A DNA stretch of 38,300 nucleotides from a virus. Made by a program: the position numbers and the translations under genes. The stretch is from UHGV virus genome UHGV-0186551; one strand, 5' to 3'. Position 1 is the stretch's first letter, and each line of letters begins with the position of its first letter. A model generated the notes under the pieces. It saw only the letters and a list, made by a program, of their open reading frames with translations. It was not told where the DNA came from and searched no databases. This document shows positions 20,048-29,541 of this stretch, one piece after another.

Positions 20048-20520
20048 ACCTCAATCTCTCTGACCGTTCCGCCCACTTCTTTGAATTTTGCAATCAGGCT
20101 GTCAGCCTTATGCTCGAACTGACCATAACCAGCGCCCGGCAGTGAAGCCCAGATATTGCTGCAACGGTCGATAGCCTGACGGATATCACCGCGATCAATC
20201 ATCGGCAAAGCGCCACGCTCCTTAATCTGCTGCAGTGCCACAGCGTCCTGACTTTTGGGAGAGAAGTCTTTCAGGCCAAGTTGCTTGCGGTAGGCATCCC
20301 ACCAACGGGAAAGAAGCTGGTAACGTCCGGCTGCTGTTGATTTGAGTTTTGGGTTTAGCGTGACAAGTTTGCGAGGGTGATCTGAGTAATCAGTGAATAG
20401 CTCTCCGCCAACAATGACGTCATAACCATGATTTCTGGTTTTCTGTCGTCCGTTATCAGTTCCCTCTGACCACGCCAGCATATCGAGGAACGCCTTACGT
20501 TGATTATTGATTTCCACCAT
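20044..20520 (-). CDS. R: Endolysin R (lambda-type lytic transglycosylase)
   Basis: 158 aa, [26 protein letters not shown]... recalled as lambda R. Confidence 0.95.
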   Translation of the reverse strand: MVEINNQRKAFLDMLAWSEGTDNGRQKTRNHGYDVIVGGELFTDYSDHPRKLVTLNPKLKSTAAGRYQLLSRWWDAYRKQLGLKDFSPKSQDAVALQQIKERGALPMIDRGDIRQAIDRCSNIWASLPGAGYGQFEHKADSLIAKFKEVGGTVREIEV

Positions 20521-20827
20521 CTTCTACTCCGGCTTTTTTAGCAGCGAAGCGTTTGATAAGCGAACCAATCGAGTCAGTACCGATGTAGCCGATGAACACG
20601 CTCGTTATATAAGCGAGATTGCTACTTAGTCCGGCGAAGTCGAGAAGGTCACGAATGAACCAGGCGATAATGGCGCACATCGTTGCGTCGATTACTGTTT
20701 TTGTAAACGCACCGCCATTATATCTGCCGCGAAGGTACGCCATTGCAAACGCAAGGATTGCCCCGATGCCTTGTTCCTTTGCCGCGAGAATGGCGGCTAA
20801 CAGGTCATGTTTTTCTGGCATCTTCAT
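20504..20827 (-). CDS. S: Holin S
   Basis: 107 aa, [20 protein letters not shown]... with dual-start Met1/Met3, recalled as lambda S. Confidence 0.95.
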   Translation of the reverse strand: MKMPEKHDLLAAILAAKEQGIGAILAFAMAYLRGRYNGGAFTKTVIDATMCAIIAWFIRDLLDFAGLSSNLAYITSVFIGYIGTDSIGSLIKRFAAKKAGVEDGGNQ

Positions 20828-21230
20828 GTCTTACCCCCAATAAGGGGATTTGCTCTATTTAATTAGGAATAAGGTCGATTACTGATAGAACAAATCCAGG
20901 CTACTGTGTTTAGTAATCAGATTTGTTCGTGACCGATATGCACGGGCAAAACGGCAGGAGGTTGTTAGCGCAACCTCTTGCCACCCGCTTTCACGAAGGT
21001 CATGTGTAGAAGGCCGCAGCGTAACTATTACTAATGAATTCAGGACAGACAGTGGCTACGGCTCAGTTTGGGTTGTGCTGTTGCTGGGCGGCGATGACGC
21101 CTGTACGCATTTGGTGATCCGGTTCTGCTTCCGGTATTCGCTTAATTCAGCACAACGGAAAGAGCACTGGCTAACCAGGCTCGCCGACTCTTCACGATTA
21201 TCGACTCAATGCTCTTACCTGTTTTGCAGA

Positions 21231-21290
21231 TATAAAAAATCCCGAAACCGTTATGCAGGCTCTAACTATTACCTGCGAACTGTTTCGGGA
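21231..21290 (-). terminator. tR' terminator (end of 6S late leader RNA)
   Basis: Extended hairpin cccgaaac...gtttcggg followed by U-run on the - transcript. Confidence 0.7.
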
Positions 21291-21426
21291 TTGCATTTTG
21301 CAGACCTCTCTGCCTGCGATGGTTGGAGTTCCAGACGATACGTCGAAGTGACCAACTAGGCGGAATCGGTAGTAAGCGCCGCCTCTTTTCATCTCACTAC
21401 CACAACGAGCGAATTAACCCATCGTT
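21231..21426 (-). ncRNA. 6S-like late leader RNA from pR' to tR' (qut region at its 5' end)
   Basis: About 195 nt between the predicted pR' start and tR', as in lambda. Confidence 0.5.
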
Positions 21427-21432
21427 GAGTCA

Positions 21433-21461
21433 AATTTACCCAATTTTATTCAATAAGTCAA
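21433..21461 (-). promoter_or_regulatory. Late promoter pR'
   Basis: -35 TTGACT (21456..21461) and -10 TAAATT (21433..21438) on the - strand, 17-bp spacer, just downstream of Q. Confidence 0.7.
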
Positions 21462-21503
21462 TATTATGCCGTTAATATGTTGCCATCCGTGGCAATCATG
21501 CTG

Positions 21504-22127
21504 CTAACGTGTGACCGCATTCAAAATGTTGTCTGCAATTGACTCTTCCTTGTGGCATTGCACCACCAGAGCGTCATACAGCGGCTTAACAGTGCGTGAC
21601 CAGGTGGGTTGAGTAAGGTTTGGGATTAGCATCGTCACAGCGCGATATGCTGCGCTTGCTGGCATCCTTGAATAGCCGACGCCTTTGCATCTTCCGCACT
21701 CTTTCTCGACAACTCTCCCCCACTGCTCTGTTTTTGCTATATCAACCGCACGGCCTGTACCGTGGCAATCTCTGCATCTTGCGCCCGGCGTCGCGGCACT
21801 ACGGCAATAATCCGCATAAGCGAATGTTGCGAGAACTTGCAGTACCTTTGCCTTAGTATTTCCTTCAAGCTTTGCCACACCACGGTATTTCCCCGATACC
21901 TTGTGTGCAAATTGCATCAGATAGTTGATAGCCTTTTGTTTGTCGTTCTGGCTGAGTTCGTGCTTACCGCAGAATGCAGCCATACCGAATCCGGCTTGTG
22001 ATTGCGCCATCCCCATAGCAGCCATCACATCAGTACCGGAAAGAGAGTCAGAAGCCGTAGTCCGTGGTGAGTCGCTCATCATCGGGCTTTTTGGCGAATG
22101 AAATTTAGCTACGCTTTCGAGTCTCAT
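21504..22127 (-). CDS. Q: Late-gene antiterminator Q
   Basis: 207 aa, MRLESVAKFHSPKSPMMSDSPR... with Cys-rich zinc-binding region, recalled as lambda Q. Confidence 0.95.
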   Translation of the reverse strand: MRLESVAKFHSPKSPMMSDSPRTTASDSLSGTDVMAAMGMAQSQAGFGMAAFCGKHELSQNDKQKAINYLMQFAHKVSGKYRGVAKLEGNTKAKVLQVLATFAYADYCRSAATPGARCRDCHGTGRAVDIAKTEQWGRVVEKECGRCKGVGYSRMPASAAYRAVTMLIPNLTQPTWSRTVKPLYDALVVQCHKEESIADNILNAVTR

Positions 22128-22312
22128 CGTCTTCCCCTCTTGCCCTGTTTGACCATCAGGACGCCGTTAACTATTACGTGACGCTCGCCTTTGCTGTCTC
22201 GGTTGTACTTGAGCACTGTTCCTCTTGCGCAGGAAAGCATCCTCGCCACTTCGGTCTGATTGCCTCGTGTCTGGATAAGAAGCTCTGGTATCGTTTGAAT
22301 TGTGGCGTTCAT
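22124..22312 (-). CDS. ninH: NinH-like protein
   Basis: 62 aa; GNQTEVAR...RGTV.KY...IVN.VLMV resembles lambda NinH. Confidence 0.75.
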   Translation of the reverse strand: MNATIQTIPELLIQTRGNQTEVARMLSCARGTVLKYNRDSKGERHVIVNGVLMVKQGKRGRR

Positions 22313-22671
22313 ACGTTCTCCAGTTCGGTGATTTTTATTCCAAGCCTTCCGCCTGGTACTTTCACGCCACGAATTACGCGAATGTCATCGAATTGCTCGT
22401 CGTCTTCCGCAAATCCGGCGTGGATAAGAGAGTCGAGTAAACCTTTCAGGATGTTGTCGAGGTCGCGGCGGCGGGAGTCTGGAACGTCTGCGATGACTTT
22501 GATGCGGAGTCGTGATTTGGTGAAAATATCTAACTTGAGTTGGCGGATGATTTGCTGAACTTCTTTTCGGTATTTCTGGCCTTTATCGCTGATGTAGTAT
22601 TGGCTTCCCCGTCTTCGCCAGTAGGTGTTCACCGACGGCGGGTATGGAAGCACAAACTGATATTCGTTCAT
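22309..22671 (-). CDS. rusA: Holliday-junction resolvase RusA
   Basis: 120 aa; PDSRRRDLDN catalytic motif and overall pattern of RusA. Confidence 0.85.
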   Translation of the reverse strand: MNEYQFVLPYPPSVNTYWRRRGSQYYISDKGQKYRKEVQQIIRQLKLDIFTKSRLRIKVIADVPDSRRRDLDNILKGLLDSLIHAGFAEDDEQFDDIRVIRGVKVPGGRLGIKITELENV

Positions 22672-22958
22672 GGCTTAATCTTCCCCTCCTTCAGCAGTAT
22701 CGCCTGCGTCCTGATCACGCCTTCGAGGTGGTAAAGTCTGGCGTCTTTGTTGTCGAGGTTATGGGTGCGTCGGTCGATTTCATCGTGACACGCGCTACAA
22801 GCCCACGCACCGATCAGGTCGTCAGGCTTCATCCCCGTTCCGCAAATTCCAGCCATCCGGTAATGTGCCAGAACTGTAGTTTCAGGATTGCCATTGCATA
22901 CGCCGTAAATACGTACCTGGCATTCTCTGCCGCGCGCTTCTTTGCGTAGGTTAGCCAT
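22668..22958 (-). CDS. YbcO-like Cys-rich putative nuclease (DUF1364-like)
   Basis: 96 aa with multiple Cys/His; resembles DLP12 YbcO from memory. Confidence 0.6.
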   Translation of the reverse strand: MANLRKEARGRECQVRIYGVCNGNPETTVLAHYRMAGICGTGMKPDDLIGAWACSACHDEIDRRTHNLDNKDARLYHLEGVIRTQAILLKEGKIKP

Positions 22959-23227
22959 TATGGTTCACTCCAGTAATTCTCAATTGCAGCAGCCATTCTC
23001 TGCATCCACTCAGCCAGCTTTAACGCGGCTTCTCTTTCAGAACCACATTTAGGGAAATCCTTCATTTCCATGCTGGCCTTATATGTTCTGAATGCCAGGT
23101 CTCCGGTAATAATCAGCTCCTGATCAAGCACCGAGCGTTTATTCCGGTGCTGAACGTAATAGACAGATTCAGTCCGCATTTCTTCTCTGTCTTTTTTGTA
23201 GGAAATAAGCTCAGAGAAATCACTCAT
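22958..23227 (-). CDS. Hypothetical nin-region protein, 89 aa
   Basis: ATG-initiated ORF, tightly packed with neighbours. Confidence 0.6.
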   Translation of the reverse strand: MSDFSELISYKKDREEMRTESVYYVQHRNKRSVLDQELIITGDLAFRTYKASMEMKDFPKCGSEREAALKLAEWMQRMAAAIENYWSEP

Positions 23228-23396
23228 CGTCTTCTTCCTCGTACATTGAGCTATTCGGATCGCTCATCAGTTCTGCGCAGCAGTGCTCACACACGTGAAC
23301 TTCCAGCACATGCAGCTTCTGACCGCAGTTAGCGCACGTTAAAGCCCGCTCGACGCTTTCTTTCTGGTATTGAATGGATTGGGATGGGCTAAGCAT
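23220..23396 (-). CDS. ninF: NinF
   Basis: 58 aa, [58 protein letters not shown]; not in ORF track (under 60 aa), translated by hand. Confidence 0.8.
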   Translation of the reverse strand: MLSPSQSIQYQKESVERALTCANCGQKLHVLEVHVCEHCCAELMSDPNSSMYEEEDDE

Positions 23397-23754
23397 TATT
23401 GGCGTCCTGCATCATGAGAAAGACAATCATGGCAGCGCGGAGTGGGTTTTCATCTTGAGTCATATGATATGGGGTACTATCACTGCCAACTTTTCTATGC
23501 GCTGCCTTCCATAATCCATTTTCTGGCGCTGGAATAATGCCAATTCTGTTCTCTACGATAATCGGCTCTGCGTCTGATGGGCTTTTACAGTAATCAACCG
23601 TTTTTATTGCATAACCAGTTTCGTCATCCCACTCAACACCAACGATTGATGTTCCCAACTTTGCGATTTCGCAATCTTCGGGAGCAAATCCACAGCAAAT
23701 TGCCACTCGCTTGTTAATTTCAAAATCACTTAACTGTGAATAATCCATTGTCAT
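23389..23754 (-). CDS. Nin-region protein (NinX/DUF2591-like, tentative)
   Basis: ATG at 23754 ([18 protein letters not shown]...); start overlaps ninE stop by 4 nt. Confidence 0.7.
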   Translation of the reverse strand: MTMDYSQLSDFEINKRVAICCGFAPEDCEIAKLGTSIVGVEWDDETGYAIKTVDYCKSPSDAEPIIVENRIGIIPAPENGLWKAAHRKVGSDSTPYHMTQDENPLRAAMIVFLMMQDANNA

Positions 23755-23927
23755 TTCCTCGCACGATGTCTTAGCCACCGGATATCCCACAGGTGAGCTG
23801 TGTAATTGAAGGTTTTTACGTCAGATTCTTTTGGGATTGGCTTGCGTTTATTTCTGGAGCGTTTCGTTGGAAGGTATTTGCAGTTTTCGCAGATGATGTC
23901 GGTGAAACTTCGTCGCTGTCGCCTCAT
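23751..23927 (-). CDS. ninE: NinE
   Basis: 58 aa, [58 protein letters not shown]; start overlaps methyltransferase stop. Confidence 0.8.
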   Translation of the reverse strand: MRRQRRSFTDIICENCKYLPTKRSRNKRKPIPKESDVKTFNYTAHLWDIRWLRHRARK

Positions 23928-24451
23928 GCCGCCCTCCTGACGCCCTGCCCGAACGCCATCAATGCCGCTTTGGATACGGTAGTAAACATCCGTCGAGGAC
24001 TGATGAACGGTCGCCAAATCAGCAGCATGGAGCCTTTGCTGTTTCCATTCTTCTCCAGCCCTGTCGATGGTTCGATAAAATTAATCCGTCCATCAGTGAT
24101 AATGCGAACTTCGTCGACACTCTCCAGAGCCTTGCTGAACCATCCGACTGACATATCCTCTGGCACAAGCATAACTACCGTCTGTCGCTGTTGTATGCAC
24201 TGCTCAGCGGCTTTTTCCACCCACGGCCTGATATTGCTGTACGGTGGGTTATTCCAGATTGCACCGTGGCTTACCCACTCAGAATTGAGCGCGTCGTCGG
24301 CCTCAGTTAGCCAGTGAGCACACAGAGCATTTTTGTCGCTCGCTGCCGAATCCAGCCAGAATCCAAACTCAATATCCAGTGCATCAAAAAGCCAAAGCGG
24401 CGTTTGCCAGCAGTCCTTGTCGTGTGCTGGCGTATTTGATTTGATAGTCAT
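23924..24451 (-). CDS. Phage DNA N6-adenine methyltransferase
   Basis: NPPY catalytic motif (IWNNPPYSN); start ATG 24451 overlaps ninB stop by 4 nt. Confidence 0.8.
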   Translation of the reverse strand: MTIKSNTPAHDKDCWQTPLWLFDALDIEFGFWLDSAASDKNALCAHWLTEADDALNSEWVSHGAIWNNPPYSNIRPWVEKAAEQCIQQRQTVVMLVPEDMSVGWFSKALESVDEVRIITDGRINFIEPSTGLEKNGNSKGSMLLIWRPFISPRRMFTTVSKAALMAFGQGVRRAA

Positions 24452-24888
24452 GCAGCCCGATCTCCCCATCTCGCTTTCCACTCCAGAGCCAGTCTCGCTT
24501 CGTCTGACCACTTAACGCCACGCTCTGTACCGAATGCCTGTATAAGCTCTAATAGCTCCGCAAATTCGTTTACACGCATCCTGCTGGTTGACTGGCCTAT
24601 TACCACAAAGCCATTCCCGGCAAGGTTAGGAACAACATCCTGCTGCTTTAATGCTGCGGTAAACACACACTTCCAGCTTTCTGCATCCAGCCAGCGACCA
24701 TGCCATTCAACCTGACGAGAGACGTCACCTAAGCAGGCCCATAGCTTCCTGTTTTGGTCTAAGCTGCGGTTGCGTTCCTGAATGGTTACTACGATTGGTT
24801 TGGTTGGGTCTGGAAGGATTTGCTGGATAGCTTGAATGGCGTTCTGCTGATGAATGGGGCTTCTTAGTTCAAACGTTAGTTTCCTCAT
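24448..24888 (-). CDS. ninB: NinB (Orf) recombination mediator
   Basis: 146 aa, near-identical to lambda NinB as recalled (PDPTKPIVVTIQERNRSLDQNRKLWACLGDVSRQVEWHGRWLDAESWKCVF...). Confidence 0.9.
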   Translation of the reverse strand: MRKLTFELRSPIHQQNAIQAIQQILPDPTKPIVVTIQERNRSLDQNRKLWACLGDVSRQVEWHGRWLDAESWKCVFTAALKQQDVVPNLAGNGFVVIGQSTSRMRVNEFAELLELIQAFGTERGVKWSDEARLALEWKARWGDRAA

Positions 24889-25123
24889 GGCTCACCTTCT
24901 GCACGCATGGATTAATTAACGCCAAAATAGCTTCTGGTTTCTCAATAACATCGAACCGCTCACCACTTGCCATTCTTACAATCGTAAATCCGGCATCAAA
25001 TAGGGTTTCGATGTTGTCAGAGTTAACGTACAAGGGCTCATATGCACTTCTGGTGCTTTCTATCACGCCTGTGCTTGGTGGCTGATAGATGCTGCATTGC
25101 ATGGTTAATTTTATAAATGGCAT
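24869..25123 (-). CDS. Hypothetical protein, 84 aa
   Basis: ORF in nin region. Confidence 0.55.
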   Translation of the reverse strand: MPFIKLTMQCSIYQPPSTGVIESTRSAYEPLYVNSDNIETLFDAGFTIVRMASGERFDVIEKPEAILALINPCVQKVSHEETNV

Positions 25124-25127
25124 ATAC

Positions 25128-25445
25128 TCACTCCTTCACTTTGACTCCAGCAGCGCGAATCCGTCCTTCGCATTCACTAATTGCGCTGTTATAACCAAAT
25201 GTGACCCCATCCTCGAAATCGGTAGAAAATGCCTCACGCTCTCTTTCTCCAGGACACTCAATCTCGATAGCTGCTCGCGATGCCTGCCACGTTTGCCAGT
25301 GGCCTTGAACATCGTCCATCACGTATTGACCACCAATATCACCACTGCCAATTTCATGGTGATTTTCAGGGTAACGGATAAGGTCTGATGATTCGCCTCC
25401 ACGTCGCAACCAACTTTCTTCAAACTGCTTTCTTGATTCGTCCAT
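25128..25445 (-). CDS. Hypothetical acidic protein, 105 aa
   Basis: ORF in nin region. Confidence 0.55.
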   Translation of the reverse strand: MDESRKQFEESWLRRGGESSDLIRYPENHHEIGSGDIGGQYVMDDVQGHWQTWQASRAAIEIECPGEREREAFSTDFEDGVTFGYNSAISECEGRIRAAGVKVKE

Positions 25446-25462
25446 CGATACTTACCCTCAGT

Positions 25463-25669
25463 TCAACTCACAAAACGCCACGCCATTTTTGTTACGACAA
25501 CAGGCATAACACCGATAATCACCCAGACAAATGCAGCGCCAAACAACGTATACCATGGGTCTTTACCGTCATTCACAAGACGAATGTAGCTATGCAGAAC
25601 AATAAAAAACGTCAGAAGAATCCATCCAACGCCAACGCATTTGAATGCGACGAGCATAAACTCAGCCAC
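25463..25669 (-). CDS. Small membrane protein, two predicted transmembrane helices
   Basis: Hydrophobic 68-aa ORF; track start is GTG at 25669, alternative ATG at 25657. Confidence 0.5.
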   Translation of the reverse strand: MAEFMLVAFKCVGVGWILLTFFIVLHSYIRLVNDGKDPWYTLFGAAFVWVIIGVMPVVVTKMAWRFVS

Positions 25670-25745
25670 GATTTACTCTCCCCCAAATAAAAAGGCCTGC
25701 GATTACCAGCAGGACTTTTATTAGCTCAGTGATGTAGATGGTCAT
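25662..25745 (-). CDS. Small hydrophobic ORF, 27 aa ([27 protein letters not shown])
   Basis: ATG overlaps helicase stop; a near-identical small ORF is recalled upstream of ninB in lambda. Confidence 0.35.
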   Translation of the reverse strand: MTIYITELIKVLLVIAGLFIWGRVNRG

Positions 25746-27118
25746 ACGTCAGCCCCTTGTGCATATCGTCTGCCACGCGCAGCAGGTGCATTTGATGCTG
25801 TGCAAATCTGTCTGGCTTCATCCTGGTCACATGCAACAAAGTGTCCGTTACAGAACCGCTGGTAAACCGTACCAAGCGAGCCAAAACGGTTTTTCGTCAC
25901 GATGATTTCAGCAAATGGCGCGGCGCTACTGTTCTCGTCATATACAGCTTCCCGATAGAGCATGATGATTGAGTCTGCGTCCTGTTCAATGCTTCCTGAA
26001 TCACGCAAATCTGCGTTTGTCGGGCGTTTGTTTGGTCGCTTCTCAACATCGCGCGAAAGCTGACTCAGGGAGATAACAGGCGTTTTCAGGTCTTTCGCCA
26101 TCGCCTTAAGGCTTCCGGAGATGTGAGCAATTGCGAGGTCGTTGCGATCTGCTTTCGGCTTCTCAATCAGGCCAAGATAATCCGCCATGATGAGTGACAG
26201 GTTTGGATTTTCCTGTTTGTGCCGTTCTGCGATTGAGCGTATTTCTTCGACCGATAACCGCGAGGCATCGACTACCCATACATCCAAATCTGCAAGCTGA
26301 CTCATGCCGTTAGCAACACGCGCCCAGCCTTCGTCATCCATCGATGCAGGATTTCGCAGTACGCTAACCGACATCCTCCCGGCGTTGGCAATGCTCCGCT
26401 CTGCAATCTGCAATGCGCTCATTTCCATTGAGAAAATCAATACCCCGCGCCGGACGTCAGAACCAGGAATAACGCGGCTTGCAACGCCTTCGGCAATCTT
26501 CAGCGCCAGTTCGGTTTTCCCCATACCAGGACGAGCAGCGATTATCACCAGGTCTTCTGCGTTCATCCCTCCGGTGATGGCATCAAGTTCTTCGATTCCG
26601 GTCTTCAGGGTATCGGACTCTTCTCCGTTCCTCAGACGCCTGTCAAGCGTGTCAGTGTAGTCAGTAATGATTTCCCCTAACCGTACAGGTTTAACCTCGT
26701 CACGGGGCTTTCTGATGGCTGAAAGACGCTTTACAAGCTCATCCATCGCCTGACTCGATGCGTCGATGGTTCCGCTCTGAATTGGTTCACGCATTTCATC
26801 CATGATTTCCAGCACCAGACGGCGGTGATAGTTATCCGCGACCATTCCGGCATATCCCTTCAGGTTTGCGGCACTCGGGCAGTTTTTGCTGGTCATCAGG
26901 ATTGACGTGAAATGCTCCTCTCCGCACGCCTCGGCAACCATCAGCGCGTCGATTAGGTTTCTGTTTCGCGCCTGCTTGCGGATAACCTCGAAGGCTTTCC
27001 TGTAGAGCGGAATTGAAAACGCTTCCGGCTCCAGCGTTGCCAGAACGTCGCTGGCGGTTGGTGTTAATCCACCAATCAGCAGTCCACCGATAACGCTCGC
27101 TTCGATATCCTGTTTCAT
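25742..27118 (-). CDS. Replicative DNA helicase, DnaB family
   Basis: 458 aa; Walker A ARPGMGKT and DnaB-family motifs; start overlaps O stop by 4 nt. Confidence 0.9.
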   Translation of the reverse strand: MKQDIEASVIGGLLIGGLTPTASDVLATLEPEAFSIPLYRKAFEVIRKQARNRNLIDALMVAEACGEEHFTSILMTSKNCPSAANLKGYAGMVADNYHRRLVLEIMDEMREPIQSGTIDASSQAMDELVKRLSAIRKPRDEVKPVRLGEIITDYTDTLDRRLRNGEESDTLKTGIEELDAITGGMNAEDLVIIAARPGMGKTELALKIAEGVASRVIPGSDVRRGVLIFSMEMSALQIAERSIANAGRMSVSVLRNPASMDDEGWARVANGMSQLADLDVWVVDASRLSVEEIRSIAERHKQENPNLSLIMADYLGLIEKPKADRNDLAIAHISGSLKAMAKDLKTPVISLSQLSRDVEKRPNKRPTNADLRDSGSIEQDADSIIMLYREAVYDENSSAAPFAEIIVTKNRFGSLGTVYQRFCNGHFVACDQDEARQICTASNAPAARGRRYAQGADV

Positions 27119-27936
27119 GCAATCCCCCTGTCTGCAAACTTCCCTTCACGAACTCCCGTTAACGAATCTTCCCTCAGCAGGTAATCAAAATCTGCCGTCC
27201 AGCCAGTGTCGTTGTCTCCGAAGTAAAACGGCTTGGCCTGATGCACAAACGCCCTGACATACGCCCTGAAACCGTCCACGTTTGGCGTTTTCAGTTGCGG
27301 GATGATTTTCTTCAGGCGGCGTTTGCGTTTCTCGTTGACCGCAACAGCGTGTGGAAGTCTGTCACCGACTTCGGCGTTGTAGGCGTTCAGGAAGGATTCG
27401 TAGTCGATTCGTTCTGCCTTGCGACGTTCAGGTTTAACCTGCCCATCGCCGCCCCCGTTAGGGGGTAAGGGGGTATTTGTATTTATTGTCTTTTGTATAT
27501 TGTCTTTTGTGTTTAGCTGACTTGGCTTATACCCATTAGCCGACTCGGCTAATGTTTTATTAGCTGTTTTAGCTAATGTTAAGCTGTCCTGGCTAATCCA
27601 CTGCGAAACCACCTTGTTCACTCCGATTTTCACGCCATCAGCAATGAGGAATTTACGCTCGATAAGCTGGCGCTTGGCAGCGCAAACATGAGTGTGATGA
27701 ATACCTGTCATGGCTGCTATCTGCGTGTTTGTGAGTCGATCCATCGGCTTATTGAATCCGTATGTCTTGCGCATGATAGCGAGCATCACCTTCAGCTGCC
27801 GGACGGTTAAATCAGCCATCAGCAGACTGTCGGTAATCTCGTTAGCAACGCGCATGAAACCATCTTCGGTATCTGCCACGCGATGCTCCACGACCTCCAG
27901 TTGAGGCCTGTAATCAGCTAACTTAACGACGCCCAT
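27115..27936 (-). CDS. O: Replication initiator O (iteron-binding, lambda O-like)
   Basis: 273 aa; N-terminus DLT.RQ.KV.LAI.RKTYG.NKPMDR recalled from lambda O; iterons inside the gene. Confidence 0.85.
   Translation of the reverse strand: MGVVKLADYRPQLEVVEHRVADTEDGFMRVANEITDSLLMADLTVRQLKVMLAIMRKTYGFNKPMDRLTNTQIAAMTGIHHTHVCAAKRQLIERKFLIADGVKIGVNKVVSQWISQDSLTLAKTANKTLAESANGYKPSQLNTKDNIQKTINTNTPLPPNGGGDGQVKPERRKAERIDYESFLNAYNAEVGDRLPHAVAVNEKRKRRLKKIIPQLKTPNVDGFRAYVRAFVHQAKPFYFGDNDTGWTADFDYLLREDSLTGVREGKFADRGIA
27470..27596. repeat. Replication origin: four about 17-bp palindromic iterons (consensus near TTAGCnnnnnnnGCTAA) plus adjacent AT-rich element containing a duplicated ttgtcttttgt
   Basis: Iterons at 27513..27529, 27536..27552, 27560..27576, 27579..27596; AT-rich 27470..27512; inside the O gene as in lambda. 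Confidence 0.75.
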
Positions 27937-28084
27937 GTTTCACTCCTGCTTTGGCTAGTCTGTAAACACCAACAAGGCGCTCTGCGAACGCCCTGTTATT
28001 TGCTGCGGCTACCACTAATCCCTCAGGTGAATCAGGGTGTCGAATCTCTTCTTTTTCCTGGTATTTCTTACGACGTTTTGTCAT
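27923..28084 (-). CDS. Possible small basic protein, 53 aa (MTKRRKKYQEKEE...)
   Basis: ATG at 28084 with AGGAG ribosome-binding site; overlaps O start by 14 nt; hand-translated. Confidence 0.3.
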   Translation of the reverse strand: MTKRRKKYQEKEEIRHPDSPEGLVVAAANNRAFAERLVGVYRLAKAGVKHGRR

Positions 28085-28119
28085 AATTACTCCTGTGGAT
28101 TGATACAGTCTTTCTACAA

Positions 28120-28398
28120 TCAGGCCTCAAAACTGTTGCCGCAGTCTTGAGGCTTTTCTTTTGTCAGCACCATGGCTACTTTCTTTGCCAGCTCCGCTAA
28201 TTCCTCGTCTTCAACACCCCACTCCAGCACAGCCAGAAGCATGGCCATCTTTGGGATAAAGCTGTCTTTCCATCGCGAAATTTGCGATTCATTGATCCCT
28301 AATGCATCAGCAACCTTTCGCTGACCACGTACAGCAATTCGATTTAGGATGTTGCTTGTAATTGCATTCGCTTTCTTGCGAGTACTTGTAAGTTGCAT
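28120..28398 (-). CDS. cII: Lysogeny establishment activator CII
   Basis: SQISRWK...MLLAVLEWGV motif as in lambda CII; start moved to ATG at 28398 (track start 28485). Confidence 0.85.
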   Translation of the reverse strand: MQLTSTRKKANAITSNILNRIAVRGQRKVADALGINESQISRWKDSFIPKMAMLLAVLEWGVEDEELAELAKKVAMVLTKEKPQDCGNSFEA

Positions 28399-28457
28399 AT
28401 GTAAGTATTTACTTAACAAATAAGAAGTTATGCGCATCAACTTATGCGCGTTGTATT

Positions 28458-28500
28458 CCCGCATTTCGGCGGGAATGAGGACCATGACTGTTAAAGAGCG
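28458..28500 (-). promoter_or_regulatory. nutR (boxA cgctctttaa, boxB hairpin cccgccgaaatgcggg)
   Basis: boxA/boxB read on the - strand between cro and cII; boxB identical to the nutL copy. Confidence 0.75.
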
Positions 28501-28506
28501 GTGTTA

Positions 28507-28701
28507 CTATTTGTTTTTCTTGTTGCTTGGGAAAGGACGAACTTCCTCTCCAATCACACTGCCATCAGGCTTTACCGTAACCATGATGTTACGGCCTGCC
28601 AGAATGGCCTTGCTGATAGCGCACTGGATTACACCAAAGTCACTGGCTGCTTTAGCCTGTCCATGGATTTTGGCGTAATCGGCAAGTGTCATTCGAATCA
28701 T
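28507..28701 (-). CDS. cro: Cro repressor
   Basis: TL.DYA...GQ.K.A.D.GV.Q.AI.KA...GR.I......DGSV..EEV.PFPSNKK as in lambda Cro; ATG at 28701 (track start 28707 is GTG). Confidence 0.9.
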   Translation of the reverse strand: MIRMTLADYAKIHGQAKAASDFGVIQCAISKAILAGRNIMVTVKPDGSVIGEEVRPFPSNKKNK

Positions 28702-28730
28702 ATGCACTCTCCGTTATTAACCATGAACAA

Positions 28731-28799
28731 AGAATACTACAGGTATTCAAAGCAATCAATACTCAGGGTATTTTTAGTTTAAGTACCTTAGCTATTAGA
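28731..28799. promoter_or_regulatory. oR/pR/pRM region: operators near gaatactacaggtattc (28732..28748), aatactcagggtatt (28758..28772), degenerate third (28783..28799); pR -10 28731..28736 and -35 28754..28759 on - strand
   Basis: Inverted-repeat operators sharing consensus with oL sites; pR -35 TTGATT, 17-bp spacer, -10 TATTCT; probable leaderless cI transcript. Confidence 0.65.
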
Positions 28800-28807
28800 A
28801 TTAAGCT

Positions 28808-29524
28808 ATGGAAAATAAAAAATCACTGACGACAGAACAGCTCGAAGACGCTAAGCGGCTTAAGGCTTTGTATGAGTCAAAAAAGAAAGAATTGGGAATA
28901 ACCCAATACTCAATCGCTGATGAACTGGGTATCACCCAAGGAGCGGTAGGGCATTATCTTAATGGCAGAAACGCGCTAAACGTTGAGGTTGCATCTGGTT
29001 TTGCACGATTGTTGCAAGTCTCAATTGCTGATTTTAGCCAGTCAATTGCTGCCAAGGTTGCAGAACAGGCAGAAAGCCTTAAGAGCGATGCCAACGTAAG
29101 GTATGCAGGGGAATACAGAGCAGGAAAGAGGTATCCGGTGTTAAGCAGTATCCAGGCTGGCTCGTGGTGTGAAGCATGCGAACCATACACCATTAAAGAC
29201 ATAGATGTTTGGCTTGAGTCTGACGCGCATATTCAAGGTAATGCGTTCTGGCTTAAAGTGGAAGGTGATTCAATGACGGCACCGGTTGGGTTAAGCATTC
29301 CAGAGGGAACATTCGTTCTTTTCGATACCGGAAGGGAGGCGATCAACGGCAGCTTGGTCATAGCAAAACTTTCTGACTCTAACGAAGCAACATTCAAGAA
29401 GCTGATAATCGACGGCGGAAATAAATACCTCAAGGGACTTAATCCTGCATGGCCTCTCGTGCCAATCAATGGAAACTGCAAGATTATAGGCGTTGCAATT
29501 GAGACAAAACTAAGGCTGGTTTGA
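28808..29524 (+). CDS. cI: CI repressor (N-terminal helix-turn-helix, C-terminal S24 LexA-like autocleavage domain)
   Basis: 238 aa; LTTEQLEDAKRLKALYESKKKELG... and AFWL.VEGDSMTAP as in lambda CI. Confidence 0.9.
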   Translation: MENKKSLTTEQLEDAKRLKALYESKKKELGITQYSIADELGITQGAVGHYLNGRNALNVEVASGFARLLQVSIADFSQSIAAKVAEQAESLKSDANVRYAGEYRAGKRYPVLSSIQAGSWCEACEPYTIKDIDVWLESDAHIQGNAFWLKVEGDSMTAPVGLSIPEGTFVLFDTGREAINGSLVIAKLSDSNEATFKKLIIDGGNKYLKGLNPAWPLVPINGNCKIIGVAIETKLRLV

Positions 29525-29541
29525 TCACGCAAGGGGCGATT

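Noticed and set aside
23793-24317. 174-aa + strand ORF
   Set aside because: Antisense to the methyltransferase and ninE, which form a tightly coupled - strand operon
28399-28485. N-terminal extension of cII to the track start
   Set aside because: The extension would run into the nutR/cro-cII intergenic region; the ATG at 28398 gives a CII of lambda-like length
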